NCBI GenBank assembly: GCA_041571435.1
Contig: JBFFUI010000019.1
Span: 1 to 38,109, forward strand
Origin: Sulfurimonadaceae bacterium
Lineage (GTDB): Bacteria > Campylobacterota > Campylobacteria > Campylobacterales > Sulfurimonadaceae
Reading direction: 5' to 3'
Length of the DNA: 38,109 bases
The notes beneath the pieces were generated by a model. That model was not told the DNA's origin. It saw only the letters and a program-made list of their open reading frames with translations, and made no database searches. Shown here in pieces: positions 26,836-37,476 of the stretch. The position numbers and the translations under genes are program-made. The first letter of the stretch is position 1; each line of letters opens with the position of its first letter.

Positions 26836-27072
26836 TTATTTACTTACTTTTCTGTGGTGCATGATCGCACCCGTAATCGCTGCTACTTTTTTAGCGGTAT
26901 TCTCTTGAGCAGGTGATGGTGTGTTCTCAACATCATTCGGCTCAGGAAAAAAACGGTGAACGATTTTTGACATGATGTTCATCATGACGATCATCACGAT
27001 CAGGAACGAAAAAACCGTTCCCATACCTAGCATCATGATTTTCAAGCCTTCAAATACATAATTAACATCCAT
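26836..27072 (-). CDS. oadG: Na+-translocating decarboxylase gamma subunit
   Basis: LGMGTVFSFL TM, VAAITGAIMHHR. Confidence 0.92.
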   Translation of the reverse strand: MDVNYVFEGLKIMMLGMGTVFSFLIVMIVMMNIMSKIVHRFFPEPNDVENTPSPAQENTAKKVAAITGAIMHHRKVSK

Positions 27073-27378
27073 ATTTGGCCCTTTACACTGAAATTTGCTT
27101 ATATTAGTACAAAGCCCTTTAAACTCTTATATTCTTACTTTAATGGGCTTTTATAATAAGCAAGGTGTTACTTTATTGCGCTATAGCAACTGGGTTTTGT
27201 GGACAGCTGTTTATTAATATTAATCTTCTTCTACCATACCTAAATTACCACCTCCGTCCAATGATATTATGAGCATCTTTTCGATAAAATTTAGACCAAA
27301 ATAAATTGAACATTTTATGCTTGTAATGGATCGTTGATCTCGAAGATCCAAAAAGCGTAATGACTACATGGAGACATT

Positions 27379-27675
27379 ATGATCGCAGGGATATATGAAC
27401 AGGATCTGGCCGCAATCGTACTTTTTGGCATAATCTTGAACTTTCTTTTCTCATTTCTTTTCAGCTGGTACCTCAGCATCAACATCGGGGTAGAGGAGAT
27501 GATGCTCTCCAAAGGAGACAAAAAACAGCCCTCCTGGATGGTCTTGACACTCCTTGTCCCATTTCTCAAAATGCTCATCACACTCTACCGTGTTACCATT
27601 TTACAACTCTATTTTCTCAATCAAGGCAGAACCCATAAAGACTATTGGATCTATCTCACCGGAGAAAACAACTAA
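27379..27675 (+). CDS. Small membrane protein
   Basis: GGAG RBS, two hydrophobic segments, 98 aa. Confidence 0.8.
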   Translation: MIAGIYEQDLAAIVLFGIILNFLFSFLFSWYLSINIGVEEMMLSKGDKKQPSWMVLTLLVPFLKMLITLYRVTILQLYFLNQGRTHKDYWIYLTGENN

Positions 27676-27831
27676 ATTCAGGGCTTTTGCCTATTCTGCA
27701 GCTGCCCGTTTCTTACGGTAAACCTTCACACAAAAAAAACTGCTTTAAACACAGATATAACATTTTCTAATTTCCCTTAAGCATTGTCCGATAGAATAAT
27801 TTCACTTTTTTAATAATCAGGAGAATATGTA

Positions 27832-28941
27832 ATGTTTCGTGTTGCATTTGTAGCAGTCAGTTTGATCGTCTCTGTATGGGCCGCGCCCACGCTTCAGACA
27901 ATGAAAAAAGAGCACCGCGTTGCCATCGTCGTCGGTAACGGTAATTATGATGAGAATGCAATCGACCACGCAGTGGCGAATGCACGCAACGTAAAAAAGC
28001 TTCTGGAAGATAACGGATTTTACGTCTACTACGGTGAGAACCTGGACAAGCGCAACTTTGTGCGTCTGCTTAGAAAATTCAACAAGAACCTGCACCCCAA
28101 CGGTATCGGCCTTGTCTACTACTGTGGACATTCGGTGCAGACAAAGGGCAAAAACTACCTTCTCCCCGTAGATAACGGCATATTAAATGAATCCATGATC
28201 GCCCGTAAAAGCATCTCTCTCAACTCCATCTACAGCAATATGGATGAGAGCTATGACCGTCTCAATATCGTCGTTTTGGACACCGCTTACGATGCCCCCT
28301 TTGGCACACTTTTTACACCGAAGAAAAAAGGGCTGGCCAAGATCAAGTCCCCCAAAGCCCAAGTGACGTTTATGGCCACCCCTCCCGGCACTTCCAACAG
28401 CTCAACAACCTTCACAAAAGATTTTTTACAACTTGCCAAAGAGAAAGGGGTTGAGTTAACAGCACTGAAAAGCAAGCTGATACAGATGCGTCAGCCCAAA
28501 CCACAGGTAAATATCGTCAGAAATCAGCCCTTTTACTTCGTACTCCCGGACCACTTGCCAACTGCCGATGAACTGGCCTACAGTAAGATCCAAAGCAGTG
28601 ACACCAAAAGTGCGCTGGAAAAATTTATCAACACCTATCCAAAAAGCCAATTTACCCCAAAAGTCCGGGCACGGTTGGATGCAATAACGCAACGGGAGTT
28701 GGAGGCCCAGGCCGCCGAAGCGACACGTCTGGTAAAAGAGAGAGAGGAAAAAGCAGCCAAGGCGAAAGCAGCTGCAGACAAAGAGTCTGAAGCCAAAATC
28801 GTACAAGAGGGTGAAGCAGCGAAAAAAGCGGCTGAAGAGAAAAATGACATATCCTTTATTCTCACAAACCCGGAAGATGTCGTCAAAACCAGCCCCGTCA
28901 AGCCCAAAGAGGGTGAAGAGCGTCAAATCCACTTAGAGTAG
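27832..28941 (+). CDS. Secreted caspase-family (peptidase C14) protein, catalytic Cys absent
   Basis: RVAIVVGNGNY, YYCGHS, NYLLPVD, IVVLDTAY; AGGAG RBS. Confidence 0.9.
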   Translation: MFRVAFVAVSLIVSVWAAPTLQTMKKEHRVAIVVGNGNYDENAIDHAVANARNVKKLLEDNGFYVYYGENLDKRNFVRLLRKFNKNLHPNGIGLVYYCGHSVQTKGKNYLLPVDNGILNESMIARKSISLNSIYSNMDESYDRLNIVVLDTAYDAPFGTLFTPKKKGLAKIKSPKAQVTFMATPPGTSNSSTTFTKDFLQLAKEKGVELTALKSKLIQMRQPKPQVNIVRNQPFYFVLPDHLPTADELAYSKIQSSDTKSALEKFINTYPKSQFTPKVRARLDAITQRELEAQAAEATRLVKEREEKAAKAKAAADKESEAKIVQEGEAAKKAAEEKNDISFILTNPEDVVKTSPVKPKEGEERQIHLE

Positions 28942-29010
28942 ATTTTTATCATCCACTGTAGGCCCGTCAGGCAATCATGAGCTCTTTCTCTCTGTCCGAT
29001 ATCCGGATTC

Positions 29011-29019
29011 TGATATAAT
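29011..29019 (+). promoter_or_regulatory. Extended -10 promoter of USP gene
   Basis: TGaTATAAT. Confidence 0.6.
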
Positions 29020-29076
29020 AGAAATATTTACAATGCTATACAAACCGATCATAAATCTACATCGAGGAGCAAGACG

Positions 29077-29940
29077 ATGAACCGAGTCCAGCAAATCCTA
29101 GTCGCAATCGACATGTCTGCAATGGCCATAGAGGCACTCAAACGCGCCATCTCCATAGCCTGTGACCAAAATGCCCAGCTTATCGTCATCCACGTCATCG
29201 AGCCTCTTTTTATGGAGTCGCCGTTGGCAAAGTCGGCCGATGAAGAGGCAATCAGACAAACACTCGTCAAACTGATCGACCGATTCAATAGTGAGGCCTG
29301 CGTCGAGTACATGCTCTTTATCGAGTCCGGCGAAGCAGCCGAAACCATTATGCTTACGGTCAAAAAGACCCAAGTCGACCTCATCGTGGTCGGTTCGCAT
29401 GGAAAAGACGATGTCGACAGCAACCATTTCGGCTCAACGACCTTGAAACTTGTTCAAAAGACCAAACTTCCCGTACTTATCATCAAAAACAGAGTCAACA
29501 CAGCCTATCGGCATATGCTTGCACCGACCAACCTCTCTGCCCACTCCAAAGAGAGTATACTCTTCGCCAACACCCTTTTTGCCGAAACGACCCGAAAATA
29601 TCTTTATGCTTATGAGACGATCAGCAAGGCGCAGGCTATGTCCTATCACTTCAGCGACGAAGAGGCCGAAATGTTCAGAACTCAGAAGAGATCAATCGCA
29701 AAAATGGCATTGGAGACTTTTGTGAAAGAGGTGGGTCCGGGAGAGATGACACTCATTGACTACAGCGCATCCGTCAACGAGGACCTGCTGGAATATATCA
29801 TCAATGACAATGCCGACCTGCTTGTGCTTGGTTCCAAAGGCGTTGAGAACCTGAACTCGTTTGTGTTCGGCTCGACAGCATCTTACCTGGTACAGCGCTC
29901 ACCTGTTGATGTACTGGTCTATGTTCCGCCAGAAACATAA
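29077..29940 (+). CDS. Universal stress protein (tandem USP domains)
   Basis: ILVAID.S, DLIVVGSHG...FGSTT; DLLVLGSKG...FGSTA. Confidence 0.95.
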   Translation: MNRVQQILVAIDMSAMAIEALKRAISIACDQNAQLIVIHVIEPLFMESPLAKSADEEAIRQTLVKLIDRFNSEACVEYMLFIESGEAAETIMLTVKKTQVDLIVVGSHGKDDVDSNHFGSTTLKLVQKTKLPVLIIKNRVNTAYRHMLAPTNLSAHSKESILFANTLFAETTRKYLYAYETISKAQAMSYHFSDEEAEMFRTQKRSIAKMALETFVKEVGPGEMTLIDYSASVNEDLLEYIINDNADLLVLGSKGVENLNSFVFGSTASYLVQRSPVDVLVYVPPET

Positions 29941-29964
29941 AAGAGCCTGACAGGCAGAGAGTCA

Positions 29965-30212
29965 ATATAGTCTTATAGACACTTGAATCGTTTTTTTATG
30001 GTGTTCCATCATCAACGATGTCATCTATCTGGAGTGGGTACTCTTTTTGATGTTCTCACCCAACTTCGTCTATCGTCTGCAGAGACGCTGGTTGCCTGTA
30101 CCACGGGAGAACTATTACATTGTCATGTACGTACGCTCTGCTCGGGGTATTCAATATCTTTTATATCTTCTTTAACGTTGTGCCTTATCTTGCACTGGTG
30201 ATCGTCAACTGA
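29965..30212 (+). pseudogene. Frameshifted small membrane-protein gene (resembles DUF6868, from memory)
   Basis: Reading TLESFF|WCSIIN...YRLQRRW...IVMY|ALLGVFNIFYIFFNVVPYLALVIVN* needs +1 T at 29991-29997 and removal of a GTAC duplication at 30127-30134; no intact start. Confidence 0.75.
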
Positions 30213-32793
30213 CAACCACACTTCTGCCTCTTTTTCGAAAGAGTTTCTCCAGCTCCATCATAACGACAAGTCCCAACGCGATCGTAAAAAGGGTCATCCA
30301 CATCGTCAAACTGACTGGTTCGACAGACAGTATCTTCTGCATCGCCGGTATAAACATACAGCTTATGTGAAGCAGCTGTGTAAAAAGCACCCATACTATC
30401 AGCAGCAGACTCTCACGGTACTGGATCTTGTGAAGGAAATGGTATTCACTTCGGGCGTTGAAGACATGCACGTTCTCAAACAGCACCATCAGCAGCAGGG
30501 TCCCGTTACGCGCACTGAACTCACTGTAGCCCAGCTGCAGTAGGGTCACAAAGACGAGGTAGGACATAAGTGCGATGTAGAGCCCACCGACAACGACCCG
30601 ACGGACCATGACCGGGTTGAATATCCGCTCTGTAGGGGGTCTCGGACGGCGTTTCAGAATGCCCGGTTCAGCCTTTTCCAACCCCAGCATAACATCTTCC
30701 AAGCCATTGGTGACCAGGTTGAGCCACAGCAGCTGAACCGGAAGCAACGGCAGCGGCATGCCGGTCAAAAATGCCAGCATTACCAACACGATCTCTGCAA
30801 ACCCGGTAGAGACCAGCAGGTAGATCACCTTGCGGATGTTGTCGTACGCGCGTCTACCCTCCTCGATGCCGTTGATGATGGAGGCATAGTTGTCGTCGGT
30901 CAAAATCAGGTCCGCACTGCTTCTGGCAATATCGGTGCCCCCTCTTCCCATGGCGATCCCGATATTGGCGAATTTCAGTGCCGGTGCGTCATTCACCCCG
31001 TCACCGGTAACGGCGACAAAATGGCCCAGTTTCTGAAAAGCCTCGACGATCGCTTTTTTCTGCTCGGGAGAGACTCTAGAAAAGACTTTTTTACCGGCGA
31101 TCACCTCCGGGTCGGCACCGTTTTGCTGCCATTTCGACAAGGCCCTTCCCTCGATCACCTCCTCCTCGTTTTCTGCTATCCCCAGCTGCTGCGCAATGTA
31201 GAACGCCGTATTGGGATGGTCCCCCGTGATCATGACAGTCTCGATTCTCGCCTTTTTGGCCGTTTCCACCGCCTCTTTCGACTCTTCACGGATCGGGTCG
31301 ATGATCGCCATGAAGCCAAGATAGACAAAGTTCTCCAGCGATATCGTCTCACCGACCTCTATTTTGTAGGCCAAAGCGATATTGCGGTACCCTTTTTTTG
31401 CCCAGCTGTCGACATCGGCAAGCAGCTGCGCCTTCTCCTCCTCTGAGACGTTGCAAAACTCCAACACCGTCTCCGGCGACCCTTTGACAAATTCGTAAAT
31501 ACGACCGTCATGTTCGACCTGAACAGCACTGTAACGGTTTTGGGGTTCATAGGGGATCTCGTTGACTTTGACATGGTTTTGAACCGCCAATATATAGGCC
31601 TCGTCTGCGCTTATAGCATGCGTGGCCAATGCCACATCAACCTGGTCGCCAATGTATTTCAGTGCGGCAGCATCCTCTTGGATCTGCATCTCGCCACAGA
31701 GCACCGAAGCAAGCCTCGTCACATGGACCAGGTCAGCATTCGTGTCATGGTCTTCTCTCTTTGGGATAAAATATTCGACGCTGAGCTGATTCTTGGTCAA
31801 GGTGCCCGTCTTGTCACTGGCGATCAGCGTACACGAACCCAGTGCCTCGATGGCTGAAAGTTGACGTACGATGACGTTGCGTTTGGACATCACCAACGAC
31901 GCCGAGGTCAACGCCACCGTAATCGCGACAGGGAGCCCTTCGGGTATTGCAGAGACCGCCAAAGCAACCGAAAAGAAAAAGAGCTCGTAAAGCCCCATCC
32001 CTTTAAAGATTCCGATCGCGAACAGAAGAACGATTATGGCACCGACAGCTTTGGCGATCGTAAGGGAGAGTCTCTCCATTCGGATTGTCAGCGGGGCTTT
32101 GCCCTCTTCGGCAGAGGCCAGCATCATGGCGATCTTGCCGATCTCGGTTGCCGTTCCGACCGCCGTAACAACACCCTCGGCACGCCCGCTGGCAACATAG
32201 CTGCCGGCATAGAGCATGTTAATCCTCTCGGCCACCGGCAGCATTTTGTCCGCAGAGACAAAGGCCGCTTCTTTATGGACTTCGAGCGATTCACCGCTTA
32301 TCAGAGACTCATTGACCATCAGGTTGGTCGAGGTAACCAGACGGAGGTCAGCCGGTATCTTGGTACCAGATTCAAGTTTGACGACATCACCGACTGTAAG
32401 AAGTGCGCTGTCCAAAGTTGTACTCTTGCCCTCCCGTACAACATTGACCGTGGTTTTGATCGCTTTTTTCAGCCCCTCCGCTTTAATCGCTGCCGTATAC
32501 TCCTGATAGGTACCGATAGCCGCATTGAGCAGAAGGACCGCCATAATAAAATAACCGTCGATATACTCTTCTATTACAAAGGTGACAATAGCGGCTATCA
32601 GAAGGATGTAGATGATCGGACTTTTAAACTGCAGTAAAAAGATCTCATAAAGATGCTGGACCCGTTTTCTCGGCAGCGTATTCGGTCCGTACCGCTTCTG
32701 CCGTCTGGCAGCTTCCTTAGCGGTAAGACCCTGTTCTGTACTCTCCAGTAGCGCCAGACTCTTTTGAACAGAACAGGTGTGAAACGCTTCCAT
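30205..32793 (-). CDS. P-type cation-transporting ATPase (type II-like)
   Basis: SGES, PEGLP, DKTGTLT, KGSPE, MITGDH, TGDGVNDAPALK. Confidence 0.96.
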   Translation of the reverse strand: MEAFHTCSVQKSLALLESTEQGLTAKEAARRQKRYGPNTLPRKRVQHLYEIFLLQFKSPIIYILLIAAIVTFVIEEYIDGYFIMAVLLLNAAIGTYQEYTAAIKAEGLKKAIKTTVNVVREGKSTTLDSALLTVGDVVKLESGTKIPADLRLVTSTNLMVNESLISGESLEVHKEAAFVSADKMLPVAERINMLYAGSYVASGRAEGVVTAVGTATEIGKIAMMLASAEEGKAPLTIRMERLSLTIAKAVGAIIVLLFAIGIFKGMGLYELFFFSVALAVSAIPEGLPVAITVALTSASLVMSKRNVIVRQLSAIEALGSCTLIASDKTGTLTKNQLSVEYFIPKREDHDTNADLVHVTRLASVLCGEMQIQEDAAALKYIGDQVDVALATHAISADEAYILAVQNHVKVNEIPYEPQNRYSAVQVEHDGRIYEFVKGSPETVLEFCNVSEEEKAQLLADVDSWAKKGYRNIALAYKIEVGETISLENFVYLGFMAIIDPIREESKEAVETAKKARIETVMITGDHPNTAFYIAQQLGIAENEEEVIEGRALSKWQQNGADPEVIAGKKVFSRVSPEQKKAIVEAFQKLGHFVAVTGDGVNDAPALKFANIGIAMGRGGTDIARSSADLILTDDNYASIINGIEEGRRAYDNIRKVIYLLVSTGFAEIVLVMLAFLTGMPLPLLPVQLLWLNLVTNGLEDVMLGLEKAEPGILKRRPRPPTERIFNPVMVRRVVVGGLYIALMSYLVFVTLLQLGYSEFSARNGTLLLMVLFENVHVFNARSEYHFLHKIQYRESLLLIVWVLFTQLLHISCMFIPAMQKILSVEPVSLTMWMTLFTIALGLVVMMELEKLFRKRGRSVVVS

Positions 32794-32811
32794 TACATTC
32801 TGCCTCAGACG

Positions 32812-35199
32812 CTAGAGACGCGCTTCCAGTTCTACGACGACCTGGCGCATCTTGAGCACCGAATCGGGGTTTAGGGAGATGGAGTCGATGCCGTTTTCTA
32901 CAAGGAACTCCGTGATCTCGGGGTAATCAGAGGGGGCCTGACCGCAGATACCGATGTATTTGCCCTCTTTTTTACAGGCGTCGATGGCCATTTTCAGCAT
33001 CCGTTTGACCGCTTCGTTGCGTTCGTCAAAGATGTGGGCGACCAGCGCACTGTCACGGTCGACCCCCAGCACCAGCTGCGTAAGATCGTTTGAGCCGATA
33101 CTGTAGCCGTCGAAAACTTTAAGAAACTCGTCGGCGAAGATCACGTTGCTCGGAATCTCGCACATCGCGTAGATCTCAAGCCCGTTCTCTTTTTGTACCA
33201 GCCCCATCTCGTTCATGATCGCAATGACCTTGCGCCCCTCCTCCGGAGTCCGCACAAAAGGAAGCATCAGCTTGACGTTGGTCAGCCCCATCTCATCGCG
33301 CACTTTTTTAAGCGCCTCGCACTCCCACTTGAACGCCTCTTTATAGGCCTCGGAGTAGTAGCGGCTCGCCCCGCGAAAACCGATCATCGGGTTCTCTTCA
33401 TCTTTTTCATACGCTTCGCCGCCGAGCATGTGTTTGTACTCGTTGGACTTGAAATCGCTGGTACGGACGATCACCGGGTTAGGGTAAAAGGCCGCCGCGA
33501 TCATGCCGACGCCCGCAGAAAGCCTGTTGACAAAAAAGGTCTTGGGATCACTGAAGCCCTGCATCAGCGTCTCGATCTCACTGCTCCCCCCGACCTCTCT
33601 TCCCTGTGCCATGTCGTAGAGCGCCATCGGGTGCGCTTTGATATGGTTGTTGATAATGAACTCCATCCGTGCGAGCCCTACCCCCTGATTGGGAATGGTC
33701 GCCAGCGAAAAGGCCTGTTCGGGGTTACCGACATTCATAAAGAGTTTTGTCTTCGGTTCTTTCATCCGGCTCAGGTCAAACGACGTGACTTCAAAATCGA
33801 GTCTGCCCTCGTAGACATGCCCCTCTTCCCCCTCTGCACAGCAGACACTCACCTCCATGCCGTCTTTGAGCAGCTCCGTCGCATTGCCCGTGCCGACGAT
33901 GGCGCTCACCCCGATCTCTCTTGCCACGATCGCCGCATGGCAGGTTCGCCCGCCTTTGTTGGTCACAACGGCAGCCGCCTTTTTCATGAGCGGTTCCCAG
34001 TCCGGGTCGGTGATGTCGGCAACCAATACCTCGCCCGCATTAAACTTGGACGCTTCGCTGAGATCACGAATGACCCTGACCACGCCGACACCGATCTTTT
34101 CACCGATCGCACTCCCCATTGCCAGAACCGTACGTTTGGAGGTCTCCTCTTTGATGCTGTATTTCTCGATCTGCGTTACGTTCTCTTTACGTGCCTTTGA
34201 GTGCACGGTCTCCGGACGCGCCTGTACAATATAGAGTTGATGGTTTTGCCCGTCTTTTGCCCACTCGATATCCATCGGTGTCTTATAGTGCTCTTCGATC
34301 GCGAGCGCATACCGCGCCAGTGTCATGACCTCCTCATCAGTAAGGCTGAACGATGCCCGCTCGCTCGGCGTTGTTGCCACATTAAGGGTCTTATGCGCAT
34401 CGTCGTAGAGCATCTTCATCTCTTTGGAACCGAGTTGACGCTTGATGATCGCCGCTTTATCGATTTTCAGCGTCGGTTTAAAGACAAAGAACTCATCGGG
34501 ATTGACCCGCCCGCCGACAATGTTCTCGCCCAGACCGTAGACCGAGTTGATCATGATGATGTTCTCACTGCCGCTCTGGGTGTCGAGTGTAAACATCACC
34601 CCGCTGCTCGCCTCGTCACTGCGTATCATCTTCTGCACACCGACACACAGGGCGACACTGCGATGGTCAAAACCGCGGCTGAAGCGATAACTGATGGCAC
34701 GGTCGGTAAAGAGTGATGCATAGCAGCGCTTGGCATAGACGATCAGTGCTCTTTCGCCCTGAACGTTCAGGTAACTCTCCTGCTGCCCGGCAAAACTGGC
34801 ATCGGGAAGGTCTTCTGCAGTGGCAGAGGAGCGCACCGCCACATCGACCGCACTGCTGCCGTATTGTGCAGAGAGTTGCCTGTAGGCATCTATGAGCTCT
34901 TTCTGGAGTGCGTCGGGGAGCTGTTCATTGACGATCATTTCGCGCACCTGCTTACCGACCGCCTGAAGCTGCGCCACATCTTCGACGTCCAGCTCTGCTA
35001 TGAGACGGTCGATCCGCTCACCCAGACTGTTTTGCGCAAGCAGCAGCATGTAGGCATCTCGTGTTGTTGCAAACCCATTGGGAACGTTGACCCCGGCACC
35101 GGAGAGATGCCGATACATCTCGCCCAGGCTGGCGTTTTTGCCCCCGACGAGACCAACATTCTTGATGCCGACTGTTTCAAAGAATCTGATGTACTTCAT
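32812..35199 (-). CDS. ppsA: Phosphoenolpyruvate synthase
   Basis: [59 protein letters not shown] before ATG 35199. Confidence 0.97.
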   Translation of the reverse strand: MKYIRFFETVGIKNVGLVGGKNASLGEMYRHLSGAGVNVPNGFATTRDAYMLLLAQNSLGERIDRLIAELDVEDVAQLQAVGKQVREMIVNEQLPDALQKELIDAYRQLSAQYGSSAVDVAVRSSATAEDLPDASFAGQQESYLNVQGERALIVYAKRCYASLFTDRAISYRFSRGFDHRSVALCVGVQKMIRSDEASSGVMFTLDTQSGSENIIMINSVYGLGENIVGGRVNPDEFFVFKPTLKIDKAAIIKRQLGSKEMKMLYDDAHKTLNVATTPSERASFSLTDEEVMTLARYALAIEEHYKTPMDIEWAKDGQNHQLYIVQARPETVHSKARKENVTQIEKYSIKEETSKRTVLAMGSAIGEKIGVGVVRVIRDLSEASKFNAGEVLVADITDPDWEPLMKKAAAVVTNKGGRTCHAAIVAREIGVSAIVGTGNATELLKDGMEVSVCCAEGEEGHVYEGRLDFEVTSFDLSRMKEPKTKLFMNVGNPEQAFSLATIPNQGVGLARMEFIINNHIKAHPMALYDMAQGREVGGSSEIETLMQGFSDPKTFFVNRLSAGVGMIAAAFYPNPVIVRTSDFKSNEYKHMLGGEAYEKDEENPMIGFRGASRYYSEAYKEAFKWECEALKKVRDEMGLTNVKLMLPFVRTPEEGRKVIAIMNEMGLVQKENGLEIYAMCEIPSNVIFADEFLKVFDGYSIGSNDLTQLVLGVDRDSALVAHIFDERNEAVKRMLKMAIDACKKEGKYIGICGQAPSDYPEITEFLVENGIDSISLNPDSVLKMRQVVVELEARL

Positions 35200-35356
35200 A
35201 AGTGCTCCTTGCGGTTTACTCATGTAAAGGATAGCATGAAATCTCCCTCTTTACATAGGTTTATGAAAAATAGATCAAATAACAGCTTTTTCTGCAGAAG
35301 CAACATAGGCACTCTGTTTTTTTTTCGGTCCACCCCTATGCGACTATAGTCACCCT

Positions 35357-36424
35357 TTACGGTAGCTCGATAGTTATCAGTTCGTCAGGATTGTTTTTTT
35401 GCGATGCCGACGACGGTTCTGCTTGGTAAATCGCATCAAGATCTCCACATGCAAATTTGTTTTCACCCCTGCGACAGGCTCTGTCAATCAGACGGACACC
35501 TTCTTGTTTATCAATATCATCATGATACAGAATCAAACCGGCATGCCAGCAGGCAAAACGTGCGCGTCCCGCTTCGCATGCTTTCTTGTACAATGCCAAA
35601 CTTTTTTCCTTGTCCACTTTCACGCCGCGCCCCTCCATATGATAATTGGCGAGCTCCTCACATGCATCGGCCAGACCGTTTTGGCAGGCTTTTTCTGCTA
35701 TTTCGGCATTGGTTACATTGTCTTCCTGCTTAGCGGTGATGCGCCAATACGTACAATCCAGACCGGCCTCACAGGTTTTTTTCGCGGCAAACAATAATCG
35801 ATCCTCTTCGGCCTTCAATTGTTGAAAACGTGCGGCATTGCTATAGTGACGACATGCCACCGTATAACCGTTTTCACAGGCCTTGTAGATCAGTCTTTCC
35901 CCTTCAACAGGGTCTTTATCGACGCCGTTGCCATTGAGATATATCTTGCCAAGATTCAAACAGGCAGGCGCGTATCCGTGCGAACAGGACTGCTCCAAAA
36001 GCTCTGCCCCGTGTTTTCTGTCAATTGTGCGCTTTTTTAAACCGTCGATATAATAATTCCCCAGCAACGTACACCCGGCATCATCACCGGCATCGCATGA
36101 GGATTCTAGCAATGCGGACGCTTCGTCATATTTTTTTTGTTTGGTGAGCGCCCTAGCCAGCAAAGCCTTGGCAGTGGCATCGTCCGGATGCTCCGCTAGC
36201 CTTTGTCGGCAAGCGTCAACAGCCCGTTGGCTGTAAAGCTCTTCAAAACGAACACCTTTAAAACCGTATTCCGGCTGAGGCAATACCCCCGCTTCTTTTG
36301 TGCATGGGTCTAGAACCTCTTTCTGTGCGACTTTGTCGACTTGGCTTTCCAGACAACCGGACAAAAACACACCGATCAGAGCGCTCAAACCAAAACAAAT
36401 ATCTTTCTTCCTAAACTTGTGCAT
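35357..36424 (-). CDS. Cys-rich Sel1-like repeat lipoprotein
   Basis: Lipobox LSGC; repeated AC..G...AC..LG..Y..G.GV. Confidence 0.9.
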   Translation of the reverse strand: MHKFRKKDICFGLSALIGVFLSGCLESQVDKVAQKEVLDPCTKEAGVLPQPEYGFKGVRFEELYSQRAVDACRQRLAEHPDDATAKALLARALTKQKKYDEASALLESSCDAGDDAGCTLLGNYYIDGLKKRTIDRKHGAELLEQSCSHGYAPACLNLGKIYLNGNGVDKDPVEGERLIYKACENGYTVACRHYSNAARFQQLKAEEDRLLFAAKKTCEAGLDCTYWRITAKQEDNVTNAEIAEKACQNGLADACEELANYHMEGRGVKVDKEKSLALYKKACEAGRARFACWHAGLILYHDDIDKQEGVRLIDRACRRGENKFACGDLDAIYQAEPSSASQKNNPDELITIELP

Positions 36425-36471
36425 AAAAAGATCCTGTTTTTGCTATTGTACATTTTCCTATATAATACAAC

Positions 36472-37476
36472 ATGCAAAAACGATTTACACCATTCATTTT
36501 ATTTGCCATTTGTCTCTTTTTGTCGCCGCAAATGCTGGCGCATCCATGGAAACACGAATATAAACTAACCAATGCAAAACCGGTACATATCGATAAACTA
36601 AACGATCAGCCTGTCGCAGCCATAGAGTACATACCGAGAACGCATGATGTTTACGTATTGACAAAAAACAAACATCTTTATACTTTCAATTTTAAAACCG
36701 GGAATCTTGACAAAGAACATCTTTTAGCTTTTCTGGATGAACCTGTCGATATAAAGTGCCGTGAGAACGCATGTATGATACTAAATGCATCCGGCGGCCA
36801 AAAAGAACTCTATCATGTTGATTTTACCGACTATTTAGACGGCTTAATAATTGTCAAATGGGCCATTTTGGATGATGCATCCATCAACCAGATCGTTTCA
36901 AGCAATACCAGTCATTACGGCGGATATTCGACACAGGAACTTATTCTGAAAAACACATCCAATCAGCTGTCGTACATGACCTATAGGCTCAATACTCCCG
37001 ACAGTTACTTCACCCGAATGACAAGTATTTTAAAAAAAGGGGTTTATGTGGACGGCGTCAAGAAAATTTCCCTTGACAGACATCAGATCCCGGAGCATGA
37101 AAACCGTCTACAAAACCTGTTCAAAGCCTATAAAATCGATTCGATGGAATTGGATAAGGATTTTCTGGAAGATATGCTAACCATCATCAACAACAAGACT
37201 ATCACTTACGCGAACACGTACGCATCAAAAGAAGAAGACTATCGAAAAGATACCATTCATCCCGATCGTGTCTATGTTATCAATCATCATCAACAGATCA
37301 AAGACGTTGTTCTTAACCTCGAGAACGAAGTGACCGATAAGGTTATTTTCCTCTCCGGTCGTGACCATCTGCTTTATTCCGCAGAGGTGAAAGAAACACT
37401 CACAAAAAAATCGATGGATACTGTTGAAGCAATGATCGGTGTTATCGCCTATTACGGAATCGCTATTTTCGAGTAA
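36472..37476 (+). CDS. Secreted hypothetical protein
   Basis: 334 aa ORF, signal peptide ending QMLA, AT-rich. Confidence 0.8.
   Translation: MQKRFTPFILFAICLFLSPQMLAHPWKHEYKLTNAKPVHIDKLNDQPVAAIEYIPRTHDVYVLTKNKHLYTFNFKTGNLDKEHLLAFLDEPVDIKCRENACMILNASGGQKELYHVDFTDYLDGLIIVKWAILDDASINQIVSSNTSHYGGYSTQELILKNTSNQLSYMTYRLNTPDSYFTRMTSILKKGVYVDGVKKISLDRHQIPEHENRLQNLFKAYKIDSMELDKDFLEDMLTIINNKTITYANTYASKEEDYRKDTIHPDRVYVINHHQQIKDVVLNLENEVTDKVIFLSGRDHLLYSAEVKETLTKKSMDTVEAMIGVIAYYGIAIFE

Noticed and set aside
28962-29955. 11-bp imperfect inverted repeats flanking the USP gene (GCCCGTCAGGC / GCCTGACAGGC)
   Set aside because: Short, partly self-palindromic, no target duplication or transposase; chance is plausible
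29983-30201. 72-aa ORF from the track
   Set aside because: Wrong-frame read of the pseudogene
33193-34200. 335-aa antisense ORF (and similar shadows over radA, RND, msrP, ATPase)
   Set aside because: Antisense shadows of well-supported genes caused by codon bias
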